Shown: piece after piece, positions 40,920 through 48,449 of the stretch | How positions within the stretch are numbered: the first letter of the stretch is position 1 | Layout: the number at the start of each line of letters is the position of its first letter | NCBI GenBank assembly: GCA_002685255.1 | Contig: NYWU01000016.1 | Span: forward strand, 115,043 to 179,042 | Direction of reading: 5' to 3' | Source: Idiomarinaceae bacterium | GTDB taxonomy: Bacteria > Pseudomonadota > Gammaproteobacteria > Enterobacterales > Alteromonadaceae | DNA length: 64,000 nt | The notes under the pieces: model-generated | What the model saw: only the letters and a program-made list of their open reading frames with translations | What the model was told of the DNA's origin: nothing | The model's database searches: none | Position numbers and translations under genes: made by a program

Positions 40920-42232
40920 TGGGACGAAAATCGCATACCCGAACGCTTTATTGCTCTATGAACGGGTTTCCGGTAGGTGAGTTGTACTTAAAAAAAGGCC
41001 GTATGAGCTTTAAGTACGCCACAGAGTGGTTAGAAGTAGATGGCGGTCGTGCTATATCCCTAAGCCTACCGATGCAAAAAGCGGAGATAACGGACGACTC
41101 TGTGCATGCTTATTTTGACAACTTATTGCCGGATGCAAACGCTACCAGAGAGCATATAAGAGACCGTCTAGGTGCAGGTAGCGCCAAACCTTTCGACTTA
41201 CTCGCCGAAATTGGAAAAGATTGCGTGGGTGCGCTGACATTCACCGAAAAACCTGCCACAGGAGAAATGCCCGCGCTGTCGCTCACGCAGTTGTCTGAGA
41301 GTGAAGTCGCACAAGTTATCAGAGAAACTCGTCTTGAAAAAATGTTGGGTATGAACTCAGATGATGACTTCAGAATTTCTCTTGCTGGTGCTCAGGAAAA
41401 AACAGCGCTCACCCGATGGAAAGAAAAATGGTGTCGACCACATGGCTCGACGCCAACCACGCATATATTTAAGCCACCCATTCTCCACCATGAGAGCTTG
41501 GGAATAGACTTATCTTCGAGTGTAGACAACGAATGGTTCTGTCAGACGTTTATGAAAAACCTCGGTCTGAATGTCGCAAATTGTGAAATTGCGCAGTTTG
41601 AAGATCAGAAAGTACTGGTGGTTGAACGCTTTGATCGGAAAATCGACGAAGACACTATTTTTCGCCTTCCCCAAGAGGATATCTGCCAAGCATTAGGAAA
41701 AGCCAGTGGGTCAAAGTATGAGGAAAGGGGTGGTCCAGGCTCCCAGCAGGTTATGGAACTGCTGTCTGGCTCAACAAACGCGTACCAAGATAGACTCGAG
41801 TTTATACGTGTCCAAATCGTATTTTGGTTACTTGCTGCAATTGATGGACACGGCAAAAACTTTAGCATTGCGCTAAATCAGAATGGTTACCAGCTAACGC
41901 CCTTTTATGATGTGTTAAGTGCTTACCCCTACTTCGGGCAAGGAAATATTCAGCCGAAGAAAATAAGGATGGCAATGAAAGTCCATAGTAAAAATACACA
42001 CTACAAGTGGAACGAAATTATGGCGAGGCACTGGCTTGAGCACGGTAAGAAACTTGGGCTAGAGGAGGCTCAAACACTCGGCATATTGACCTTTTTAGAC
42101 GAAAAGATAGAGGACGCGCTAACTTCTACCCTCGGGCAGGCAAATGCACATTTTGATATAAGGGTCGGGGAGATAATAACCGAGCAAACACTCGCTTGCC
42201 TGCGCAAAATAACGACGATCCTTAGAGGATAA
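40919..42232 (+). CDS. hipA: HipA Ser/Thr kinase toxin
   Basis: N-terminal YFDNLLPD; ISLAGAQEKTAL, HIFK, RLPQEDICQ, DGHGKNFS, LTPFYD. Confidence 0.92.
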   Translation: MGRKSHTRTLYCSMNGFPVGELYLKKGRMSFKYATEWLEVDGGRAISLSLPMQKAEITDDSVHAYFDNLLPDANATREHIRDRLGAGSAKPFDLLAEIGKDCVGALTFTEKPATGEMPALSLTQLSESEVAQVIRETRLEKMLGMNSDDDFRISLAGAQEKTALTRWKEKWCRPHGSTPTTHIFKPPILHHESLGIDLSSSVDNEWFCQTFMKNLGLNVANCEIAQFEDQKVLVVERFDRKIDEDTIFRLPQEDICQALGKASGSKYEERGGPGSQQVMELLSGSTNAYQDRLEFIRVQIVFWLLAAIDGHGKNFSIALNQNGYQLTPFYDVLSAYPYFGQGNIQPKKIRMAMKVHSKNTHYKWNEIMARHWLEHGKKLGLEEAQTLGILTFLDEKIEDALTSTLGQANAHFDIRVGEIITEQTLACLRKITTILRG

Positions 42233-42262
42233 AGGGCGCAATTCAGGATTTTGATGACTGAA

Positions 42263-42332
42263 AACATATTGTCGCGCAAAATGCGCGACCTACGAATGGC
42301 GCACCCTATAGGAGTCGAACCTATGACCTTTG
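42263..42332 (-). repeat. att-like 70-bp direct repeat (tRNA-Arg 3' 36 nt plus 34 nt downstream), distal copy
   Basis: identical to 44726-44795. Confidence 0.9.
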
Positions 42333-42333
42333 G

Positions 42334-42666
42334 CCTGCAATTAAATCGTGGTTTACGCAAGACGCGGATCACCCACCTGATACAGAGCAAATTATAAAAG
42401 GAATGAACTACACGGATGAAGTCTATTCTAATGCTCCTGATAGAGCAGGTGTTTCTGACTCTTGCGACCCAACTAATGGATTAATTAAAGGTGATGGTGA
42501 CTCCGGAGGCTCCACCGGAGGGGGAGGTAAGCCTCCTGGCGGAGGTTCAGGAGGAGGCTCTGGCACTATAATGGTATATGGTTGCGAGCTATGGAAATTC
42601 CCTGATGGAAATGGAGGGCATTACTATATGAATCGAAACTGTCAATATTATTATATGCCTAGGTGA
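42334..42666 (+). pseudogene. Probable 3' remnant of a larger gene with a Gly-rich linker and short Cys-containing tail (track ORF 42403-42666)
   Basis: frame stays open upstream of ATG 42403 through the att junction (first stop at 42259-42261); AAGGA sits too close to the ATG to be a normal RBS. Confidence 0.45.
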
Positions 42667-42677
42667 TCTACGACTGG

Positions 42678-42705
42678 TTAGAGTAGCCGAAGTCGGCTAC
42701 TCTAA
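42678..42705 (+). terminator. Perfect 13-bp hairpin followed by T-rich tract
   Basis: TTAGAGTAGCCGA-ag-TCGGCTACTCTAA-TTTTC. Confidence 0.6.
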
Positions 42706-42747
42706 TTTTCTTTAATAGAGCTTAATGTTAATAAAATATTTTGGTGA

Positions 42748-43314
42748 ATGACGATGTTTAAAACTTTTACGTGTTTAGCCACAATGTTTTTCACGTTGCT
42801 AGTTTCTGTAGGTTGCACTGATATTGGGTGTTCTCGAAATGTAAAAGACGAGTTAACCGTTAAAGAAGTTGAGCAATTTGTTGGCTTTATGAAAACCAAC
42901 AGCCTTTATAAACTAGGTTTGATTGAAGACGGTGTTTATGTGCTTAATAGATTGGTTTTTAGCACCAATGACAAAGTATATGCAACTATCCCAGAAAACA
43001 GCTTTATCAGCGATTACAAGCGCTTTTTATTGGACAATCAAGAGGATGATTGGTCCGAAATAGAGGAGGTGCTTCCTGCTGATCTTAACCTAGAACTTTT
43101 CGAAGCTAAAACAAAACAACTTGCTGACCTTGGTGTAACGAGCGTATATAGAACTAATAATGACTCTCTTTATATTTTTCAGTGGGGCTCTTCCGTAATG
43201 CGGGGGTTTTGTGGATTGATACTTGGTCCTAAAAGTGAGGCCGAAGAATATGCAAAAAAGTTTACCTATACAGAAGAAGTAACTAAAGACGTTTTCTACT
43301 TTGAGTATCGCTAA
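42748..43314 (+). CDS. Hypothetical lipoprotein
   Basis: hydrophobic leader with lipobox VSVGC; 188 aa; no family recognised. Confidence 0.6.
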   Translation: MTMFKTFTCLATMFFTLLVSVGCTDIGCSRNVKDELTVKEVEQFVGFMKTNSLYKLGLIEDGVYVLNRLVFSTNDKVYATIPENSFISDYKRFLLDNQEDDWSEIEEVLPADLNLELFEAKTKQLADLGVTSVYRTNNDSLYIFQWGSSVMRGFCGLILGPKSEAEEYAKKFTYTEEVTKDVFYFEYR

Positions 43315-43481
43315 GCAGTAGAAATTAAAAGGCTAACTACTTTTTGGTCAGCCATTAATGTACTAGCTCAATGTAGGATAATTGATTTCCTTTATGTAAG
43401 CTCTCATTTAAAGGACTACAACTTGCTTTCTATTTTTAATTTCTTTCGTTAGGCTTTAGCTTTTCAACAGGGATAGTCGAT

Positions 43482-43520
43482 ATGTTAATTCTCACTCGCC
43501 GAAATGGTGAAACGTGGTAA
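43482..43520 (+). pseudogene. 12-codon csrA-like 5' fragment (MLILTRRNGETW*)
   Basis: 10 of the first 11 residues match the CsrA N-terminus MLILTRRVGET; GGGA RBS upstream. Confidence 0.7.
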
Positions 43521-43610
43521 GGCCTGAGACTTCTCCTCAATTTAAAGAGGAAAAAAATACGCCTTCGTATTTTTATCAGCTCGCGCTGATACTTAGCAGT
43601 CAGTATTTCA

Positions 43611-44306
43611 TTACATCGAGTTTCTTCTAACGCCTTTAGCAAAAATACAATCTTTAATCTGACTCTCACTCTCCAGCGGGTGTAAGATTACGATATCTAC
43701 TTTTCCCGAAAAATCTGTTTGAGTTTCAAATTCAACCTTATAATAAAAATTTAGCCCGGTACTATTTTTACTGAGATTTACGTATGGCATCTCATTAATT
43801 TTCCACACTCCAGTCAATTGCTCGCTATTTGTATATACAATAGAGAACTTGGAGTCGCTGTAGAGAGTAAGAGACTTCATTGACGCGCAGCTTTCAGCTA
43901 TATACTTACCAGCAATCTTGTCCGTGAGATTACGCCTATATCCTTTATCGAAAAGATAAAGTCCAATGTTTCCGTCTCGATACCAATGATTGCCAGTTTC
44001 TATATATGCTACTTCAATATCGTCGTACCCTAAATCATTCAAAATAGGCATAAACTGATCAAAAGAGCCTTTAATAATCGCTTTCGAACCACTAACAACT
44101 GTTGATGTGTTAAAAGTATTTGGTGGCCGAACAGATATAACTTTTACCTTATACCCCTCCCTCTCCAGAGAAGTTCTTACTTTTTCAGTATTATGCTCTT
44201 TTAAATTATAATCATTTAAGTAGATAGTTGATGTCGAACAGCTACTAATAAAGGCTACAGCTAAAGAGTTAAAAAATAAACTAATAAATATTTTACTTGA
44301 AATCAT
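43611..44306 (-). CDS. Hypothetical lipoprotein
   Basis: hydrophobic leader with lipobox FISSC; 231 aa; no family recognised. Confidence 0.6.
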   Translation of the reverse strand: MISSKIFISLFFNSLAVAFISSCSTSTIYLNDYNLKEHNTEKVRTSLEREGYKVKVISVRPPNTFNTSTVVSGSKAIIKGSFDQFMPILNDLGYDDIEVAYIETGNHWYRDGNIGLYLFDKGYRRNLTDKIAGKYIAESCASMKSLTLYSDSKFSIVYTNSEQLTGVWKINEMPYVNLSKNSTGLNFYYKVEFETQTDFSGKVDIVILHPLESESQIKDCIFAKGVRRNSM

Positions 44307-44518
44307 TAAATAAAACCCTCAACCAATGAGACATTATTTTTTAACTTAGGAAAATAATTCCTAAATTCTATAGATCATATGTTTATTAAACTTGCACTAT
44401 CATAAGTTTTTCGCTCTTCGAGATAAATGATAGGTAAAAAGCATTGTACTTGATTCGATTGAGGCAAAGGTCAAACTCAATGCTTTTTAGTACGGTTGTA
44501 AAATCTCAGGCCACAACC

Positions 44519-44538
44519 TGGACACAGAATGGACACAG
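44519..44538. repeat. Tandem 9-bp direct repeat resembling tyrosine-integrase arm-type sites
   Basis: TGGACACAG-AA-TGGACACAG (11-bp period), about 115 bp inside the att scar. Confidence 0.5.
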
Positions 44539-44651
44539 CCCTGAGCCAACGCAAAATCAGCCACAGCAGCTAGCGTTCAAACCGAAAAGACATCAAAAAG
44601 GAGAATTAAGAGTAGATACGAAGAAGAGAAAATCGCTGCAGACCAGGGAAA

Positions 44652-44685
44652 TGGCCCGCCCGATAGGATTCGAACCTATGACCTC
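44652..44685 (-). repeat. Variant tRNA 3'-end fragment (second att scar)
   Basis: GAGGTCATAGGTTCGAATCCTATCGGGCGGGCCA, 29/34 identical to the resident tRNA 3' end. Confidence 0.8.
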
Positions 44686-44725
44686 AGCAATTAAAAGAAA
44701 GCAATCACGTCAAAGGAGCGATGGG

Positions 44726-44795
44726 AACATATTGTCGCGCAAAATGCGCGACCTACGAATGGCGCACCCTATAGGAGTCGAACCTATGACCTTTG
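44726..44795 (-). repeat. att-like 70-bp direct repeat, tRNA-proximal copy
   Basis: identical to 42263-42332. Confidence 0.9.
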
Positions 44796-44836
44796 CCTCC
44801 GGAGGGCAACGCTCTATCCAGCTGAGCTAAGGGTGC
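44760..44836 (-). tRNA. tRNA-Arg(CCG), 77 nt
   Basis: GCACCCT/AGGGTGC acceptor, TAGCTCAGCTGGATAGAGC D arm, TTGCC-CTCCGGA-GGCAA anticodon arm, GGTTCGACTCC, encoded CCA. Confidence 0.97.
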
Positions 44837-44859
44837 GCATGCGATAGAAAAGCGAGGGC

Positions 44860-44888
44860 ATTATATGGATTTGGCCGCGCGCTGTCCA
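44860..44888 (-). promoter_or_regulatory. tRNA promoter
   Basis: TGGACA-17-TATAAT followed by GC-rich discriminator GCCCTCGC. Confidence 0.7.
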
Positions 44889-45052
44889 GCGTTGACCTTC
44901 GGTTCAAACTCCCACGCTTTTATTAATAGTTATTTTAGAACCTCTTAAACACGTCGCTTTTTTTAGATGGTTGGTCTTATACATGTTGTTGGCAGGGCCG
45001 GTCGAGATATAGTGCAGGTAGAACAATCTGTCTTTTAATAAAAGGAACTACT

Positions 45053-46588
45053 ATGTCTCTACAACGAGCGATATCAACGCTTGCTATCTCCGCGGCGTTG
45101 GCTTTGCCGGCGGCGGCAAGCGATTATTTATCCACCAACGTGCGTTTTACAAGTGATAACGCGTCGGCTTCAACGCGGGTTGTCTTTGTGCCTGAAAATC
45201 AATCGATTGCTATTGAGGGCTGGACTGCTGAGCAGAATCAAGCGGTCGCGCGCGCAGCCGGCATTGAGGCGTTTACCGGTGCGGCGTCGCAGCACGTCAC
45301 TTTGATTGCGCCAGAGGGTACGCAGGCGGATCACCTGATGCTGGCGGGCGTGGGAAATCCTGCTGAATTATCACGGTTTAATGCTGAAAAGTTAGGCGCG
45401 GCGATTGCGGCTGCATTAAAGCCTGAGCTAACGGATGTTGTTTTTGATACTCGGTTAATTTCTAACCCGGGTGTCGCAGCCGAAATCAGCGCACAGGTGG
45501 CGCATGGTATCGACCTGCGCAATTATCGCTTTGACCGTTACCAGTCAGAGCCCAAAGCGCGTCCTGAGACCACTTATCACTGGGTGACACAGTCACCGCA
45601 GGTGGCTGAACGACACTATGATGATTACCGTGCTATCGCCGAGGGCGTGTTTGTGGCGCGTGATATTACCGCATTACCAGGCAGCGATGGCTACCCTGAG
45701 GCGATCGTTGAGCTGGCTAAGCAAGCCATGAGCGATTTAGATATTGAGCTCACCATTATCACGCCTGAGCAAGTCAAAGAAATGGGAATGGGCTTGCTTG
45801 AGAGTGTGAGTGCGGGCAGCCAACACGGTTCTTACCTGTTAGCGGCGCATTACAAAGGCAGTGATGAGGCGCCGATTGCACTGGTGGGCAAAGGTAACAC
45901 CTTTGATACCGGCGGCTACAACCTTAAAACCAGCTCATCGTCGATTCTTCGCATGCAAACCGACAAAGCCGGTGCAGGTGCTGTCATTGGTGCGGTCATG
46001 GCACTTGCCAAGCAACAGGCGCCTGTTAACGTGGTCGCGATTGCCCCGCTTTCACACAACCTAATTTCGGGTTCAGCAACATTACCGGGAGACGTGGTTA
46101 AAGCCGGTGACGGTACGCTGGTTGAAATCGCCAATACCGATGCGGAAGGTCGCTTAATTTTAGGTGATGCGAACTGGTATGCGAACGATGCGTTCAAACC
46201 ACGCGCTATCGCCAATATTGCAACGTTAACAGGCTCTAAAGTCGGTGCGTTGGGCACGGGCTATGCGGCGATGTTTGCCTCAGCGGATGATCTTCGTGCC
46301 GCTATTATTGAGGCCGGCAAGGTCACGGATGAAAAGGTATGGGAACTCCCGTTAGAGGGTTACCCCGGCATTATCGACAGCCCGTTAGCCGATATCCGTA
46401 ATATTGGTTCGCCAGGCACCCAAGCGGGTGCAGCGTTCTTAAAACACTTTGCGGGCGATACGCCGTGGATCCACATTGATATGGCCGCTGATGCAATGGT
46501 CAGCAGCCCAACCGGTATTCACCCGGCAGGTCCTACAGGCTTTGGTGTTCGCTTACTAACCGAGTGGGTACACCAACTGAATAAATAG
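45053..46588 (+). CDS. Secreted M17 leucyl aminopeptidase
   Basis: signal peptide; VGKGNTFDTGG, NTDAEGRLIL, ATLTG, WIHIDMA. Confidence 0.92.
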   Translation: MSLQRAISTLAISAALALPAAASDYLSTNVRFTSDNASASTRVVFVPENQSIAIEGWTAEQNQAVARAAGIEAFTGAASQHVTLIAPEGTQADHLMLAGVGNPAELSRFNAEKLGAAIAAALKPELTDVVFDTRLISNPGVAAEISAQVAHGIDLRNYRFDRYQSEPKARPETTYHWVTQSPQVAERHYDDYRAIAEGVFVARDITALPGSDGYPEAIVELAKQAMSDLDIELTIITPEQVKEMGMGLLESVSAGSQHGSYLLAAHYKGSDEAPIALVGKGNTFDTGGYNLKTSSSSILRMQTDKAGAGAVIGAVMALAKQQAPVNVVAIAPLSHNLISGSATLPGDVVKAGDGTLVEIANTDAEGRLILGDANWYANDAFKPRAIANIATLTGSKVGALGTGYAAMFASADDLRAAIIEAGKVTDEKVWELPLEGYPGIIDSPLADIRNIGSPGTQAGAAFLKHFAGDTPWIHIDMAADAMVSSPTGIHPAGPTGFGVRLLTEWVHQLNK

Positions 46589-46595
46589 CGCCCAT

Positions 46596-46627
46596 AAAAA
46601 AGCACGGCCTCAGTGCCGTGCTTTTTT
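46596..46627. terminator. Bidirectional terminator
   Basis: AAAAAAGCACGGC-ctcagt-GCCGTGCTTTTTT between convergent genes. Confidence 0.9.
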
Positions 46628-46645
46628 CATCTACTGCCTGTCACA

Positions 46646-48235
46646 CTACTGACGCACCAGCGTCAGGTTATGAAAATCAAAACTGAAGTCGGTAAATGGC
46701 GCAACCGCTTTCATGGTTGCCTGTTTTATTGAGTCGTCCTCGTTCAATTCAAAACGCACATAGGCATCGGCTTCCAGCAAGGGTTCATCCCAATGTACGA
46801 TAAACGTATCACCGTTGTAATGTTCTAAGGTGCCTTTGAGCATCGGGGTATGAGTGAAGTCCAAGCGTAACTCATCGCCCTGCATACGAATATCGATATC
46901 ACCATACCACGCATCGGTATAAGTACCGGCGTATGCTTGCTTAGCTAACGTGGCGTCTTCTTCAGTGTCGGGTTTGGGTATTTTAAAGTCCGTTTTGCGT
47001 TGCATAAACTGGCGATAGTTCTCTGACTGCTCAGCAACCCAATCTTGGTCAGGTAGATTAAGTACTTGTTCAAGCGCTTCTTGCGTAATTGCTGTCAGAC
47101 CGCCAAAAGCTTGTTGGTTACTCACCACGGTAATCCCAAAATTTTCTTCTGGGATGAGTGTGGTTAATGACAACATGCCCAAGATACCGCCACTATGATA
47201 AACCTGTTTAACACCGTGGTAGTCTTTTACGAACCAACCTAAGCCATAGCCTTGGAAGAACGTACCCTGCTCAGCGGCTTTATCCGAAACGCCAATGGGG
47301 GTGGTTAATTGCCACATTTGATGCTGTGACTCGGGCGAAAAGACTTGCTCGCCCGATGGGCTTTTACCATGCTGTAACTGTGTAATTAACCAGTTGCCCA
47401 TGTCATCAACACTCGCGGCCGTTGCCCCCGCGCCACCAAAGTCCTCAAGAAAATCGAGTGGAAAACGGTGTAATTCGCCGTCCTTCTCGATGGTACCGAC
47501 CGCGACATTGTCGTTGGCTGCCGGAATGTTAGAGAAGCCAACAACGCTCTCGTCCATATTAAGCGGTTCGAAGAACGTCTGCTCAATGTAGTCAGAGTAA
47601 GGTATACCGGTTACCTGATGAATGAGTTCGCCTGCTGTTAAAAACATCAAGTTATTATAGGCAAATTGCGTTCTAAACCCGTGGTCCATCGGCACGTTAG
47701 CGAGGCCAGCAATAATCTCATCGACCGATTTATCGGTATTCGGCCAGATCATTAAATCGCCGGCGCCTAAACCCAAGCCAGAACGGTGGCTTAGTAAATC
47801 ACGAATGGTCAGGCGATGGGTCAGCTCCGGATCGGATAACTTAAATTCCGGCAGATAATCAGTGACTTTGTCATCCCAATGCAGTTTACCTTGGTCGACA
47901 AGGTGAGCAATCGCGGCAGCCGTAAACGCCTTGGTATGCGAGGCGATACCAAACAAGGTATTTTTGGTGACCGGTTCTTGGCTTTCGATATCACGGACGC
48001 CGAAGCCTTCGGCTAAAATCACTTTGCCATCTTTTACAGCGACAACGGCAAGTCCGGGAATGTTAAATGCCTTAAGCGTTTGCTGCGCTGTAGTGCGGAT
48101 CTTTTCATCCAGTGCAACAGTTTGCTGTTGGCTTTGGCTTGTCGCTTCTTTTTTTGTCGTTGTTTGTGGTTCTGAGCAACCTGCAAGCAGCGCCACACTA
48201 ATGACGGCACTTAACAAACTGATGCGTGTTTTCAT
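46646..48235 (-). CDS. Serine hydrolase (beta-lactamase/AmpC fold, DUF3471-like C-terminus), lipoprotein
   Basis: lipobox LLAGC from ATG 48235; SHTK (SxxK), YNN, HSGG. Confidence 0.88.
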   Translation of the reverse strand: MKTRISLLSAVISVALLAGCSEPQTTTKKEATSQSQQQTVALDEKIRTTAQQTLKAFNIPGLAVVAVKDGKVILAEGFGVRDIESQEPVTKNTLFGIASHTKAFTAAAIAHLVDQGKLHWDDKVTDYLPEFKLSDPELTHRLTIRDLLSHRSGLGLGAGDLMIWPNTDKSVDEIIAGLANVPMDHGFRTQFAYNNLMFLTAGELIHQVTGIPYSDYIEQTFFEPLNMDESVVGFSNIPAANDNVAVGTIEKDGELHRFPLDFLEDFGGAGATAASVDDMGNWLITQLQHGKSPSGEQVFSPESQHQMWQLTTPIGVSDKAAEQGTFFQGYGLGWFVKDYHGVKQVYHSGGILGMLSLTTLIPEENFGITVVSNQQAFGGLTAITQEALEQVLNLPDQDWVAEQSENYRQFMQRKTDFKIPKPDTEEDATLAKQAYAGTYTDAWYGDIDIRMQGDELRLDFTHTPMLKGTLEHYNGDTFIVHWDEPLLEADAYVRFELNEDDSIKQATMKAVAPFTDFSFDFHNLTLVRQ

Positions 48236-48388
48236 ATCTCGTTTCTCTCTCGGCTCAACGGAAATGTAAAGAACCCTATTAATTACCATAATGCCGAGAA
48301 AACTTCTATTTCAGCCCTGTATGTCTGCCGTACAACAAATTGAACGATAGCCGATACGTTTTTCTTAAAAGAAAATTAAAATAAGTAG

Positions 48389-48416
48389 TTGACTATGTAA
48401 TGAGAACAATTATCAT
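48389..48416 (+). promoter_or_regulatory. Fur box overlapping a sigma70 promoter
   Basis: TTGACT-16-TATCAT with GTAATGAGAACAATTATCA (48397-48415). Confidence 0.75.
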
Positions 48417-48449
48417 CTGCGCCACTTATAGAAAATGATAAGGATTCTC

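Larger units (their letters stand above)
42263..44795. mobile_element. Integrase-less genomic island remnant at tRNA-Arg(CCG)
   Basis: flanking 70-bp direct repeats; visibly AT-rich interior; arm-like repeats; orphan genes. Confidence 0.75.

Noticed and set aside
42334-42343. CCTGCAATTA resembles part of tRNA-Arg(CCU) as I recall it
   Set aside because: 10 nt only, with no flanking tRNA structure; indistinguishable from chance.
42403-42666. Assigning the Gly-rich fragment to an RHS toxin via DPTNGL
   Set aside because: Only loosely resembles the PxxxxDPxG core end, and no RHS/YD repeats are present.
42263-44795. CRISPR-like interpretation of the repeated 34-70-bp units
   Set aside because: The units are tRNA 3' ends and a REP-like palindrome at irregular spacing; no cas genes.
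44444-44830. 128-aa ORF spanning the att scars
   Set aside because: Antisense translation of the tRNA and its fragments (MARPIGFEP, MAHPIGVEP); not a protein.
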